From Phascolarctobacterium succinatutens (GTDB lineage Bacteria > Bacillota > Clostridia > Christensenellales > CAG-917), in assembly GCA_963593735.1 (NCBI GenBank), contig CAVBBF010000004.1, positions 1 to 63,896 of the forward strand: 63,896 nt of DNA, written 5' to 3'. Below, one piece after another: positions 29,394 to 38,250 of this stretch. A program made the translations under genes and the position numbers. Under the pieces are notes generated by a model. That model was not told where the DNA came from. It did no database searches and saw only the letters and a program-made list of their open reading frames with translations. Position 1 is the stretch's first letter. Every line of letters begins with the position of its first letter.

Positions 29394-30548
29394 TTAAGCC
29401 ATTTGCGAATAATCAATGTATAAAGACACAGCTCTTCTTATTTGCGATTTTACGGTAGTATTTAATATTGCAAAATCACGTTCTTTATCTAAGTAGAACA
29501 AATAAACGGGCTCTATTTTTTGAGGAAATGGCAAAATATAATTTGCTCTTTTAACTCTTGAAATAATATCTTTGATAGTTCTTTCGGAATAACGTTTTGC
29601 ATTTACCAAACTATGCTTAAAAGAGTCGTACTTGCTTTCTGTTTTTGTTTGTTCTGCTTCTTTGATATGAAATAGTAAGGCCTGTGCAACAAATTCTGCC
29701 AACTTTACAGGCACCGCATTACCTATCATTTGTTCTACATCTGTTTTATTTCCTACCCATTTATAGTCTGCAGGAAAAGTTTGAATAAGCGAACGCTCCA
29801 ATGTTGTTAAAGAACGAATAGAAGGATTGAGTGCGCAAGCGTCATTTGGATGTCCTGTATATCCTTTAGGGACAGGGCGATTTACACCTCTCATTGTGGG
29901 AGCGGGTTCATCTATTGAAAAAATGGCACGTCTTGAATAATTCCTAGGATGTCTATAATAATATTCAAAATCTAAAGAATTACCAAAATAATCCCGCAAT
30001 GTGGTTTCCTTTGGGGATATATGGCTTTCAAAATAGTCTAATAAAAATCCGTCATCCTGATTTAGAGAGCCTATACAGAAAAAACGCTTACGCTTTTGAG
30101 GGACACCGCAATGACTTGCGTCCAAAACTATTTCGGTTAAACCATATCCGGCGTTTTTAAAAACTGTTCGAGCATAGGCATAGTTATTGCTGATTGCGGC
30201 GCGGTCAACATTTTCCATTACAAAAAAACGTGGTTTAATGGTTGTGACAATTTGGGCGAACGCACTCGTCAAACTAGCCCTACCTGCCTCAATACGTTTT
30301 CCTGCTTGCGAGAAATCTTGACACGGTGGACCTCCTATTATAATATCGGGGGTAAATGCTTCGATTAGTTTTACTGCATTCTCTACATCTGACAAATCAG
30401 CCTTAATAATCGGGTGATTAAAGTTTTTCCCATAGCAAGCAACGGCAACATCCCAACACTCAAAACCTGCTTTAACTTTGAACCCGGCATTTTGGAAACC
30501 TAAACTTAAGCCGCCGCAACCCGCAAACAAATCAACAATAGCGTTCAT
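29394..30548 (-). CDS. DNA (cytosine-5)-methyltransferase with a C-terminal extension
   Basis: Motif I DLFAGCGG, motif IV GGPPCQDFS, motif VI FVMENV, motif VIII QKRKRFF, motif X GNAVPV. About 75 residues follow motif X. Confidence 0.9.
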   Translation of the reverse strand: MNAIVDLFAGCGGLSLGFQNAGFKVKAGFECWDVAVACYGKNFNHPIIKADLSDVENAVKLIEAFTPDIIIGGPPCQDFSQAGKRIEAGRASLTSAFAQIVTTIKPRFFVMENVDRAAISNNYAYARTVFKNAGYGLTEIVLDASHCGVPQKRKRFFCIGSLNQDDGFLLDYFESHISPKETTLRDYFGNSLDFEYYYRHPRNYSRRAIFSIDEPAPTMRGVNRPVPKGYTGHPNDACALNPSIRSLTTLERSLIQTFPADYKWVGNKTDVEQMIGNAVPVKLAEFVAQALLFHIKEAEQTKTESKYDSFKHSLVNAKRYSERTIKDIISRVKRANYILPFPQKIEPVYLFYLDKERDFAILNTTVKSQIRRAVSLYIDYSQMA

Positions 30549-30623
30549 ATTAGCTCCCCCCCCTTCTCTTGAGTTTTAGTAAGAAGTATGCTATACTGCA
30601 AATAACTATACCACGAAAGGAGA

Positions 30624-30647
30624 TTGGCGTCAACTTATTGACGCCAA
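30624..30647. promoter_or_regulatory. perfect 10-bp inverted repeat in the endonuclease 5' region
   Basis: TTGGCGTCAA ctta TTGACGCCAA, 13 nt upstream of the ATG at 30661. An AAGGAG (30617-30622) lies just 5' of it. Confidence 0.55.
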
Positions 30648-30660
30648 GAAATCAAAATTT

Positions 30661-31713
30661 ATGGCAACAGGATTATACGGGATAAAACATTCTAATAGAA
30701 CAGTAGATGAACATTGGGGTAAAAACAGATTTAATTCAAGTTTTCCCACCGCTTTAGCAAGTTATATGTTGGAACACGATTTACCCGCCATTTATATACA
30801 ACTTGAGGACAGTTCCGACAAACCGAAAGTTATTGCAACCGAAATCTCATTGCAAGAAGTTTTTAATACGCCGAATAAGACTACAGATGATTTATCTTTC
30901 AATTTTGAAACTGTTTTTGCTCCATATCAGGATTTTTCATTTGATAGAATTGACGGTATAGATTTGGTTGTAAAAAACACCAATGGTGAGTTCTTAACAC
31001 CACTTGAAGTAAAACTGACAGTATTACCGACTGACGGTACAAGTAAACACACTGAAAATAAATGGGGTTGCGAATTGGTAATCCGTTCGGCAACAACATC
31101 GTATTGTGCATTAGGAATGTATAACACTGTAAAAGAGCGGCACCGTGAAGTTCGCGAGATATTTGAAGATACTTGTTCATCCATTCAGATGTGGGATAAT
31201 AATTTTGAAATGACTCATAAAATGCCTCAAATTTGCTCTTGTATAGATGAGTTTCAAAAAAGATTTGTTAACTTCCAAAAACCATTGCTAATGCAAACAA
31301 TATGGAAAACTCAAGGAAAATCTCCGCTTTTAGCCGACAACGCCTTTGATATTGTTGTTTGGAGCGATTATGCTTTTTCTCGTCTATTCATTGATAGTTC
31401 AAATGAGTGTTTGAATGAAATGAGTAGACCTATGCGAGCAACAGCAAGGCTTGCAAGATGCCTTTGGGAATTAAGCAAATCCGGAAAAATTAGGATGACT
31501 GATATTTATAGGCAAATGGCTTTTGGCAATCAAACAGACAAAGAATTTGCTATAAATGGAGATAAGTGGAGAAGATATGTTTCTTCGGACAGAATCGTAA
31601 CGCCATTGCTCAAGAAAGAAATAGTTAATGAGATAATAGAGCCTCAATATTTGGAAAAATTAAGTCCCGAACGTCGATTTGACCAAACATTATATTTTAC
31701 AATGAAACAATAA
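30661..31713 (+). CDS. type II restriction endonuclease candidate (PD-(D/E)xK fold); specificity unknown
   Basis: Divergent partner of the C5 methyltransferase. Candidate catalytic motif is D in IDGIDLVV followed by LEVKL. 350 aa. The family name cannot be assigned by eye. Confidence 0.6.
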   Translation: MATGLYGIKHSNRTVDEHWGKNRFNSSFPTALASYMLEHDLPAIYIQLEDSSDKPKVIATEISLQEVFNTPNKTTDDLSFNFETVFAPYQDFSFDRIDGIDLVVKNTNGEFLTPLEVKLTVLPTDGTSKHTENKWGCELVIRSATTSYCALGMYNTVKERHREVREIFEDTCSSIQMWDNNFEMTHKMPQICSCIDEFQKRFVNFQKPLLMQTIWKTQGKSPLLADNAFDIVVWSDYAFSRLFIDSSNECLNEMSRPMRATARLARCLWELSKSGKIRMTDIYRQMAFGNQTDKEFAINGDKWRRYVSSDRIVTPLLKKEIVNEIIEPQYLEKLSPERRFDQTLYFTMKQ

Positions 31714-31767
31714 GGTTTTAGGGCTATTCGATTTACGTTACTAACGCTCCGCAGTGTGGATGTCATT

Positions 31768-31917
31768 GTGCCATAGGCACTCTGATTTTCCTCAACTGCA
31801 CCTACGGTGCAATTTCATTCTCGCAGAGCGAGAATTTCACACGAGCAAAGCGAGTATTTCACTGCGCAAAGCGCAATATCGTTGTGCCATAGGCGTCCCG
31901 CCTATGGCACAATATCC
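31768..31917 (+). repeat. tandem hairpin-plus-linker array (paralog of the 38.3-kb array)
   Basis: GTGCCataGGCAC. Then 22-nt units cTGCACCtacGGTGCAatttca / ttCTCGCagaGCGAGaatttca / cACGAGCaaaGCGAGTatttca / cTGCGCaaaGCGCAatatcg. Then a 14-bp perfect hairpin TTGTGCCATAGGCG tcc CGCCTATGGCACAA. Confidence 0.8.
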
Positions 31918-32639
31918 TCTATCCCGTACAATCCTTTGCTTTGCGTAAGGATAAACCTCAATGCCCGCAACGCGCCTTCGGCGTATACGCTTCGGCAAAA
32001 AACCTCGTGCCGCAAAACTATGCGTTCGCACCCCGTGTCGATAATCACTTCGTGTTCGCCGAGCGACGCGCCTATACGCAACGAATGTATGTTCACTTCC
32101 CCTTTTTCTCTGCCTATTCCTCTGTCGACGACGACTTTGCCGAACCCTCGCTCTCTGACTATACGCTTTGCAACGGAAAGTGCCGTGCCGCTTGGCGAGT
32201 CCATCTTTTTTGCGTGGTGCGCCTCGATGATTTCAATGTCTGCGTCGGGGAAAATCTGCGCAAGTTTTGCCGAAAAGCGTTTGAGATATGCGATTGCAAT
32301 CGACATATTGCTTGCCGTGAACACGGGGATTTGCCCGCTCGCTTTCTCGATATAATTGCGTTCATACGCCGTATGCCCCGTCGTTGCGACCACAAGCGGA
32401 ACGTTGCGTTTCACCGCAAATTCGACAACTTCGCACGTTGCCGTATGTAGCGAAAAATCGACGATTGCGTCCGCGCTTTCTTTCACATCGCATACGTTTG
32501 AATATCTTGCGACGACGCAATCCGACTCGCCGCCGTCGTTTTTGTCAACGGCGATAACCTCTATATCCCCCTCGGATTGAAAAAGGGCAAGCATCTGCCT
32601 GCCCATACGTCCCGATGCCCCCGTAAGAATAACTCTCAT
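31902..32639 (-). CDS. dapB: 4-hydroxy-tetrahydrodipicolinate reductase
   Basis: MRVILTGASGRMGRQM at the N-terminus and EAHHAKKMDSPSGTAL. 245 aa. The last three codons and the stop lie in the right arm of the 14-bp hairpin. Confidence 0.9.
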   Translation of the reverse strand: MRVILTGASGRMGRQMLALFQSEGDIEVIAVDKNDGGESDCVVARYSNVCDVKESADAIVDFSLHTATCEVVEFAVKRNVPLVVATTGHTAYERNYIEKASGQIPVFTASNMSIAIAYLKRFSAKLAQIFPDADIEIIEAHHAKKMDSPSGTALSVAKRIVRERGFGKVVVDRGIGREKGEVNIHSLRIGASLGEHEVIIDTGCERIVLRHEVFCRSVYAEGALRALRFILTQSKGLYGIEDIVP

Positions 32640-32688
32640 ACAAAAGCATATTAGGAATATACTCTTTTAATTCTATTTTGTTGTTACT

Positions 32689-33351
32689 TTATATATTGAA
32701 AACCTTTTTGCCTGCGCCGAGTTCGAAGTGATATTTGGCAATGCCCAAATCGACTTTGGTATAGAACCCGATGCCGGACTTTGCAATCACTTTGTCGCCT
32801 TTGAGTTCAAAAGAAAACTTTTGCTGATTTATGGCGGTAGGCGCAAGCAACGCCGCTTTTACGCCGTTTTTGAACCATTCGGGCGAATTTTCAAAATCTT
32901 TGCATACGTCTTGGGGATATTTGCTCTTGTGCGCAACGCCTTGCGTGCTTCCGTAGCCGATTGCGATGACAAGCGCGAGTTTTTCGCCCTTATCCACGCT
33001 GTAATTGCCCTCGGTTTTGTCGTAGGACAGCGCAACCCAACAAGTGTTAAGCCCGAGAGTTTGCGCAAAAAGCACGAGTTTTTCGCCGTAATAGCCGGCT
33101 TTTTCGCTCAACTTCGCATCTTTACTTCCGACGACCGCAACGTAGTTTTTTACGTTTTCAAAATGTCCGTAATGCGCCATTCTGCCGCCGAAAGCCTTTT
33201 CCTCGTTCAAAACAAGTTGGAGTTTGAGTCCGCTTTCTTTGTTGATTTCGGCAATTTTGTTTTGAAGTTGCACTGCCGTTTCGCCCTCTATTTTCTTATC
33301 TATATATGAGCGAACCGCGTGTCTTTGATTCATTGCTTGAATTAAATCCAT
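32689..33351 (-). CDS. nitroreductase-family protein
   Basis: N-terminus MDLIQAMNQRHAVRSY. 220 aa. Typical nitroreductase size and N-terminal signature. Confidence 0.7.
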   Translation of the reverse strand: MDLIQAMNQRHAVRSYIDKKIEGETAVQLQNKIAEINKESGLKLQLVLNEEKAFGGRMAHYGHFENVKNYVAVVGSKDAKLSEKAGYYGEKLVLFAQTLGLNTCWVALSYDKTEGNYSVDKGEKLALVIAIGYGSTQGVAHKSKYPQDVCKDFENSPEWFKNGVKAALLAPTAINQQKFSFELKGDKVIAKSGIGFYTKVDLGIAKYHFELGAGKKVFNI

Positions 33352-33360
33352 ATTTCACCT

Positions 33361-34164
33361 CTATATTTCAACAATCTGTTCTTGTACAGACGGGTCGTGA
33401 TTTACAAACACGCCCTTGCATTTTTCGTTACGTTTGCACTCGATGAGCCACGCGAGCGACTTTTGCGCAAGCGTTTTGCTCGTGAGAAAGCCTGGGATTA
33501 TCTCTTTTTCAAACGATTCGGGAACGTACGCGGCGTCGCCGCCCAACACGACAAATCCGTTTTCGCCGTTCACAACAACGCTGAAATGTCCTTTGCTGTG
33601 CCCCGGAGTGTGAACGAGCAGTATTTTGTCGTCGCCGTATATGTCGAAACTCTCGCCGACAGGACCGATGCCGCTCTTTTGATACTCGAAACTCTTAACG
33701 TCGCAAACGCCCTTCCACACGTTGACGTATCTCAAACTCGGCGCGTTGCAAACCGCCCATTCCTCTTTTGAGGTGCGCACGTCTTTTGCGTCTTTTACAA
33801 GGCGTAATCCGCTTGCGTGGTCGAAATCCATATGGCTGATATACACGTGTTCCAAATCCTTGACGGTAAATCCGTTTTGTGCGAGTTTGCTGTCAATTCC
33901 CTCGTCTTTTTCGATGATGGGCGCGCTTATCTTGTCGACAAGCCCCAAAAGTTGCTTGGGTCTTTCCGTTGCGTACTTCGTATCCCAACCCGTATCTATC
34001 AAAACGTTGCCTTGCGGATGAGTTATGAGATATGCGGACACCGGCAAAATCACCTTCTTGTCCTTCCCTCTCAAAAATCCCGCAAAAGCGAGAAAATTCG
34101 ATTCGTGCAACGGTATTGCTTTGTCAACTCGCACTTTTCCCGTGTGAAAAATGTATACTTTCAT
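33361..34164 (-). CDS. metallo-beta-lactamase-fold hydrolase (lactonase-like)
   Basis: HxHxDH-type motif ISHMDFDHASG and HTPGHSKGH. 267 aa. Confidence 0.8.
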   Translation of the reverse strand: MKVYIFHTGKVRVDKAIPLHESNFLAFAGFLRGKDKKVILPVSAYLITHPQGNVLIDTGWDTKYATERPKQLLGLVDKISAPIIEKDEGIDSKLAQNGFTVKDLEHVYISHMDFDHASGLRLVKDAKDVRTSKEEWAVCNAPSLRYVNVWKGVCDVKSFEYQKSGIGPVGESFDIYGDDKILLVHTPGHSKGHFSVVVNGENGFVVLGGDAAYVPESFEKEIIPGFLTSKTLAQKSLAWLIECKRNEKCKGVFVNHDPSVQEQIVEI

Positions 34165-34165
34165 T

Positions 34166-34534
34166 TTAGTCCTTCGTCCCCCTTTCGGGCAATTCGTTCA
34201 ATATTTCTTCGGCAGTGGTAAGCAACGTTTGCACCTTTTTGAACACGTCGTCGCTTGCGTCGAAATAATAGAAATTTTTCGTTCCTTCCTTTCTAACCTT
34301 GACGATTCCCGCCGCTTTCAGAATCTGCAAATGGTGGGATACGGCAGGTCGCGACAAGTTCGTGCGTTTGGTAATCTCGCCCACGCGCACGCCATTGCAA
34401 TCGCCCGTTTTCATCATTTCGACAATCAAATATTGCCTCGTTTCGTCGCCGATTGCGATGAAAAGTTTGGAACATTGCCGAAAGCCTGTCGCCAGTTGCT
34501 CGATTTTATTTTTCAAGTCCGCCGTCTTTTCCAT
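34166..34534 (-). CDS. ArsR/SmtB-family transcriptional regulator
   Basis: IAIGDETRQYLIVEMMK...VRVGEITKRTNLSRPAVSHHLQILKAAGIVKVRKEGTKNFYY. It ends 1 nt before the MBL gene. Confidence 0.85.
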   Translation of the reverse strand: MEKTADLKNKIEQLATGFRQCSKLFIAIGDETRQYLIVEMMKTGDCNGVRVGEITKRTNLSRPAVSHHLQILKAAGIVKVRKEGTKNFYYFDASDDVFKKVQTLLTTAEEILNELPERGTKD

Positions 34535-34754
34535 TCGTTCCTCCGTTTAATCTTTTAATCCATTATACATCCGATTAAAAAAATTTTCCATCGGTAAAGA
34601 AAACGTAGACGGATATTTTTTCGGCACCGCCCCAAATGTCCTTTGAAAAACGTTTTTATAAATATACACAAAAACAACTTTGTGTTGCATATACTTGACA
34701 TTGCGTAAAATAAGTGTTACAACATTCGGCGTAAAAAACACGGAGGAATCCAAA

Positions 34755-35096
34755 ATGAAAGAATTTGCAAAAAAGTATATCGAATGGTATCAAGGTCTTG
34801 ACAAAGTCGTCAAGATTTTGCTCTGCATCTTGTGGGACGTTCCCGCAAACCTCTATCGTCTTGCAAAGAGCGCGCAAAAGGACAGCGTACTCGGCATCGT
34901 GCTTGCAATCGTACTTATGATTTTCGGCGGTTGGGTACTCTTTGTCATCGACATCGTATCCCTCATCGTCAAAGACAAGATTTACTGGATTGACGACCTC
35001 ACCGATAGCGACTGCAATTCCGACTGTTCTTGCTGCTCGTCTTCCGATTCTTGCGACAAGAAAGACAGCGACGCAAAAGACGGAACGGTTGAATAA
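34755..35096 (+). CDS. small membrane protein with a Cys/Ser/Asp-rich tail
   Basis: ATG at 34755 after GGAGGA. Two hydrophobic segments. Tail DSDCNSDCSCCSSSDSCDKKDSD. Confidence 0.6.
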   Translation: MKEFAKKYIEWYQGLDKVVKILLCILWDVPANLYRLAKSAQKDSVLGIVLAIVLMIFGGWVLFVIDIVSLIVKDKIYWIDDLTDSDCNSDCSCCSSSDSCDKKDSDAKDGTVE

Positions 35097-35112
35097 TTGT
35101 TTCAACGCAACC

Positions 35113-35141
35113 AAAAAGCGTGCCTCAACGGCACGCTTTTT
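35113..35141. terminator. bidirectional terminator
   Basis: AAAAAGCGTGCC tcaac GGCACGCTTTTT. Confidence 0.85.
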
Positions 35142-35265
35142 GTTATGGTTTTTTCTTCGTTTTTACGGCTTCGAGTTTATTATCACTCGGATTTCACGTC
35201 TTTTTTACGCTCGTTTTTTACGTCTGTTTTGCTTGGTTTTGCTTAAATTTTAGATTTGCTTTTTC

Positions 35266-35895
35266 TTATTTCTTCTTTTTCTTTTTGGATTTTTGCTCGT
35301 CGTATTCCTTGACGGCGGTGTCAAAATCGATTTCCTCGAGGGTTCCCTTCGTTGCGAGATAGCAATGCTTGCCGAGTGCAAATATGTATCTGTCGTGGTC
35401 GATGCTGTCGCTGTACACGTTCTCGACTTCGACGTCGGGCAAAATCTCGTTGAGTCTGCGCACCTTTTCTTCCTTTCTGCACACCTTGCCGAGCAAATGC
35501 CCGTTCTTTTTGCTGTGCGGACTTGCTATGCAATAGTCGATTTTCATTCTCTTTGCGATTTCTTCGATGAGAAAGTCTGGGCTTGCGCTTATCAGCACGA
35601 CTTTTCTGCTCGGGTCGCGGTTTTCGGGTTTGAAAAAGTCGTAAATGTCGTTTTGGTGCTTATCCCAATATTTTTTGACGGTTTTTTCGGTGTTGATAAG
35701 GCTCACGAAGTTGAACGCTATCTTTTTGAAGATAGGCACGGGAAGAATCTTGGTGACCATCAAAAATCCCCAAAACAGTTGGAACGGCAACAGAATAAGC
35801 GTCCACGGACAGTGCGCCATTGACCAAAACCAATAGTGCAATGCGCTGTCGTACGGGATAGCCGTTTTGTCGAAATCGTAAATGTCAATTTTCAT
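35266..35895 (-). CDS. HAD-like hydrolase with membrane segments and a poly-Lys tail
   Basis: MKIDIYDFDKTAIPYDS (DxDxT motif). C-terminus EQKSKKKKKK. An alternative start at 35913 adds 6 residues. Confidence 0.6.
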   Translation of the reverse strand: MKIDIYDFDKTAIPYDSALHYWFWSMAHCPWTLILLPFQLFWGFLMVTKILPVPIFKKIAFNFVSLINTEKTVKKYWDKHQNDIYDFFKPENRDPSRKVVLISASPDFLIEEIAKRMKIDYCIASPHSKKNGHLLGKVCRKEEKVRRLNEILPDVEVENVYSDSIDHDRYIFALGKHCYLATKGTLEEIDFDTAVKEYDEQKSKKKKKK

Positions 35896-36070
35896 CTTGT
35901 CGTCGTGTTCCATAGTAAAAACAGTATAACATATATGAAAACAAAAAGAAAGACCGAATTTTTGCGCAAATTTCGCTTAAAATTGCGGTTGAATTTAACG
36001 TTAATTTAAGATACAATTTGTAATATAGTTTTGAAAATAGGAAAAATTCTTTTATTTGACGGAGGTGCGT

Positions 36071-36751
36071 ATGAGAATACTGCTTGTTGAAGACGAAAAA
36101 GAATTGTCGAGAGCGCTCGCTCAGATGCTTATGAAAGACGGCTACGACGTGGACTGCGTGTACGACGGCGCGGACGGATTGAATTTTGCGTCCACCGGTA
36201 TGTACGATATGATTCTTCTCGACGTAATGATGCCCAAAATGAACGGCTTCGAGGTGCTTGCCACTTTGAGACAACGCAAACTCGAAACACCGGTGATTAT
36301 GCTCACCGCTCTCACCGACGAAAACGACAAAATATCCGGACTCGATAAAGGCGCGGACGACTACGTTTCCAAACCCTTCTCTTTCAACGAACTTTCCGCT
36401 CGCATCCGCGCGGTGTTGAGAAGGCGCGGCAAACTGCTTTCTGACAACAAACTCGAATATCAAAACGCGTCGCTCGACCTCACCACTTTCACCCTGTCGA
36501 CGCAAAACGGAAGCATAAATCTCACGGGCAAGGAGTTTGAACTTTTGAGATACCTTTTCGAATATCCCAACTTTGTTGCGACGAAGGAGAATCTAATTCT
36601 CAAAGCGTGGGGGCTCAACAGCGAATTCGAGTCGAACAACCTCGAAGTGTATATGTCCTTCCTGCGCAAGAAACTTTCCCATCTCGGCGCAAACTTCACG
36701 ATTGAGTCCGTTCGCGGCGTGGGTTACAAACTTTCTCCGTCGAAGATATAA
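36071..36751 (+). CDS. OmpR-family response regulator
   Basis: ATG after GGAGG (36061-36065). MRILLVEDEKELS, phospho-acceptor context DMILLDVMMP, and a winged-helix C-terminus VRGVGYKL. Confidence 0.9.
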   Translation: MRILLVEDEKELSRALAQMLMKDGYDVDCVYDGADGLNFASTGMYDMILLDVMMPKMNGFEVLATLRQRKLETPVIMLTALTDENDKISGLDKGADDYVSKPFSFNELSARIRAVLRRRGKLLSDNKLEYQNASLDLTTFTLSTQNGSINLTGKEFELLRYLFEYPNFVATKENLILKAWGLNSEFESNNLEVYMSFLRKKLSHLGANFTIESVRGVGYKLSPSKI

Positions 36752-36842
36752 ACAAAACGTCATATGTGCTTGTTACTTGTGACTTGCGCAAACAAAGGTT
36801 TATTGTTTCGTTATATGTAGATAAAGCGTCAAATCGGGCAAT

Positions 36843-38102
36843 ATGGACATAATCAAAAAACAACGTATCAATTACACCGTCACCACCACTCTCATAGCCG
36901 CAATCTTCTTGCTTGTGGTTTTGGGAGGTTTATTCGGCGTTGTGTACGGCTCGAACGACGCATTCATAAACAAGGCTCTCGACAAGGCTTTGGAAGACCC
37001 CGAACACTACAACGACAACGTCGCAAACGACTTGCGCTGTATCTTCATCTATCAGTATAACGACGGAAGAAAGCCTTACATCGACGGAAAGATTGATGTA
37101 TACGGCGACGACGCAACGGAGATTATCCTCAAAGCCATTGCGACCGCCGGCGGAAAATTCGAGTACAACGACTGCCACTTCGTCGTGGCAAACAGACAGT
37201 ACACAAACGGCACACTCTATGCGCTCATCGACCGCACGAGTTATCACAAGCAACTTGCCAACACCGCAATTATGGTGACTTTGCTCTACTGTTGCTCGGT
37301 CGTGTTCGTGGCGTTGCTTGCGCTTTTGTCGTCGGCAAGATTACTGTTCCCCGTCGCATCCGCAATGACCAAACAGCGCGACCTCATCGCCAACGCTTCG
37401 CACGAACTCAAAACACCGCTCACCATCATCGGGACAAACCTCAGCGTAATCAAGAGCGAACCCGATTCCACCGTCGAGGACAACGAAAAGTGGATAACTT
37501 CCATATCCACGCAACTCGTGCGTATGCGCGACCTTGTGAACAGCATGTTGGAACTTAGCAAACTCGAACAGAGCGAACTTCAAAAACAGGACGTTAATTT
37601 CAGCGAAATCGTCGAAGGCGCATGCCTCGAATTCGAAGCGACTTGCTTTGAAAAGGACGTAAAACTGCTCACAAACGTTCAACCCGATTTGCACGTCTAC
37701 GGCGAAAGCAAATCGCTCGAACGCCTCGTCGTCATACTGCTCGACAACGCAATCAAATATTCGGGCGACAACGGAAAAGTGGGCGTGAGGCTGTTTGTGG
37801 ACTCCAAGCGCATACATTTGTCGGTTATGAACACGGGCGAGTGTATCTCAAAAGAGGACGCGAAGCACGTTTTTGACAGATTCTACCGCACGGACGGCGC
37901 AAGACAAAACAAGGACAATCAGAGTTTCGGGCTCGGCTTATCCATAGCGGCGGCAACCGTGAAAGCGCATTGTGGCGAGATCGATTGTCACGGAATCGAT
38001 GGCAAAGGCACGGTGTTCGACGTGTATCTTCCCACTCTCAAAGTCAAAAAAGACGGCACTCCCATCGAACCCAAAAAGAAAAAGAAATTGTTTGAACTAT
38101 AA
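36843..38102 (+). CDS. sensor histidine kinase
   Basis: Two N-terminal TM segments. H-box ASHELKTPLT, N-box LLDNAIKYS and G-box GLGLSIA. Confidence 0.9.
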   Translation: MDIIKKQRINYTVTTTLIAAIFLLVVLGGLFGVVYGSNDAFINKALDKALEDPEHYNDNVANDLRCIFIYQYNDGRKPYIDGKIDVYGDDATEIILKAIATAGGKFEYNDCHFVVANRQYTNGTLYALIDRTSYHKQLANTAIMVTLLYCCSVVFVALLALLSSARLLFPVASAMTKQRDLIANASHELKTPLTIIGTNLSVIKSEPDSTVEDNEKWITSISTQLVRMRDLVNSMLELSKLEQSELQKQDVNFSEIVEGACLEFEATCFEKDVKLLTNVQPDLHVYGESKSLERLVVILLDNAIKYSGDNGKVGVRLFVDSKRIHLSVMNTGECISKEDAKHVFDRFYRTDGARQNKDNQSFGLGLSIAAATVKAHCGEIDCHGIDGKGTVFDVYLPTLKVKKDGTPIEPKKKKKLFEL

Positions 38103-38107
38103 CTGAA

Positions 38108-38133
38108 AGCGCACCTTCGCAGGTGCGCTGTTT
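38108..38133 (+). terminator. hairpin after the kinase gene
   Basis: AGCGCACCT tcgc AGGTGCGCT followed by GTTT. The T-run is weak. Confidence 0.55.
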
Positions 38134-38193
38134 AATGAATAATTAATAATGAATAATTAATAATTTTGGGTGGGGTTGCACCCCACACCCTAA
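38134..38193 (+). repeat. repeat family R1, copy c
   Basis: aatgaataattaataatgaataattaataatttt followed by GGGTGGGGTTGCACCCCACACCCTAAA. Confidence 0.8.
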
Positions 38194-38250
38194 ACGAACG
38201 CTTATTCGTAGCGCACTTATTAACGTTATGTGCTAATTCGGAAACAGAAA

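Noticed and set aside
29394-31713. Mobile-element call (IS, transposon or prophage) for the R-M islet and the other AT-richer islets.
   Set aside because: No transposase, integrase, recombinase or phage structural gene occurs anywhere in the window. Only compositional shifts and flanking repeats are seen, so the islets are reported as observations rather than as mobile_element features.
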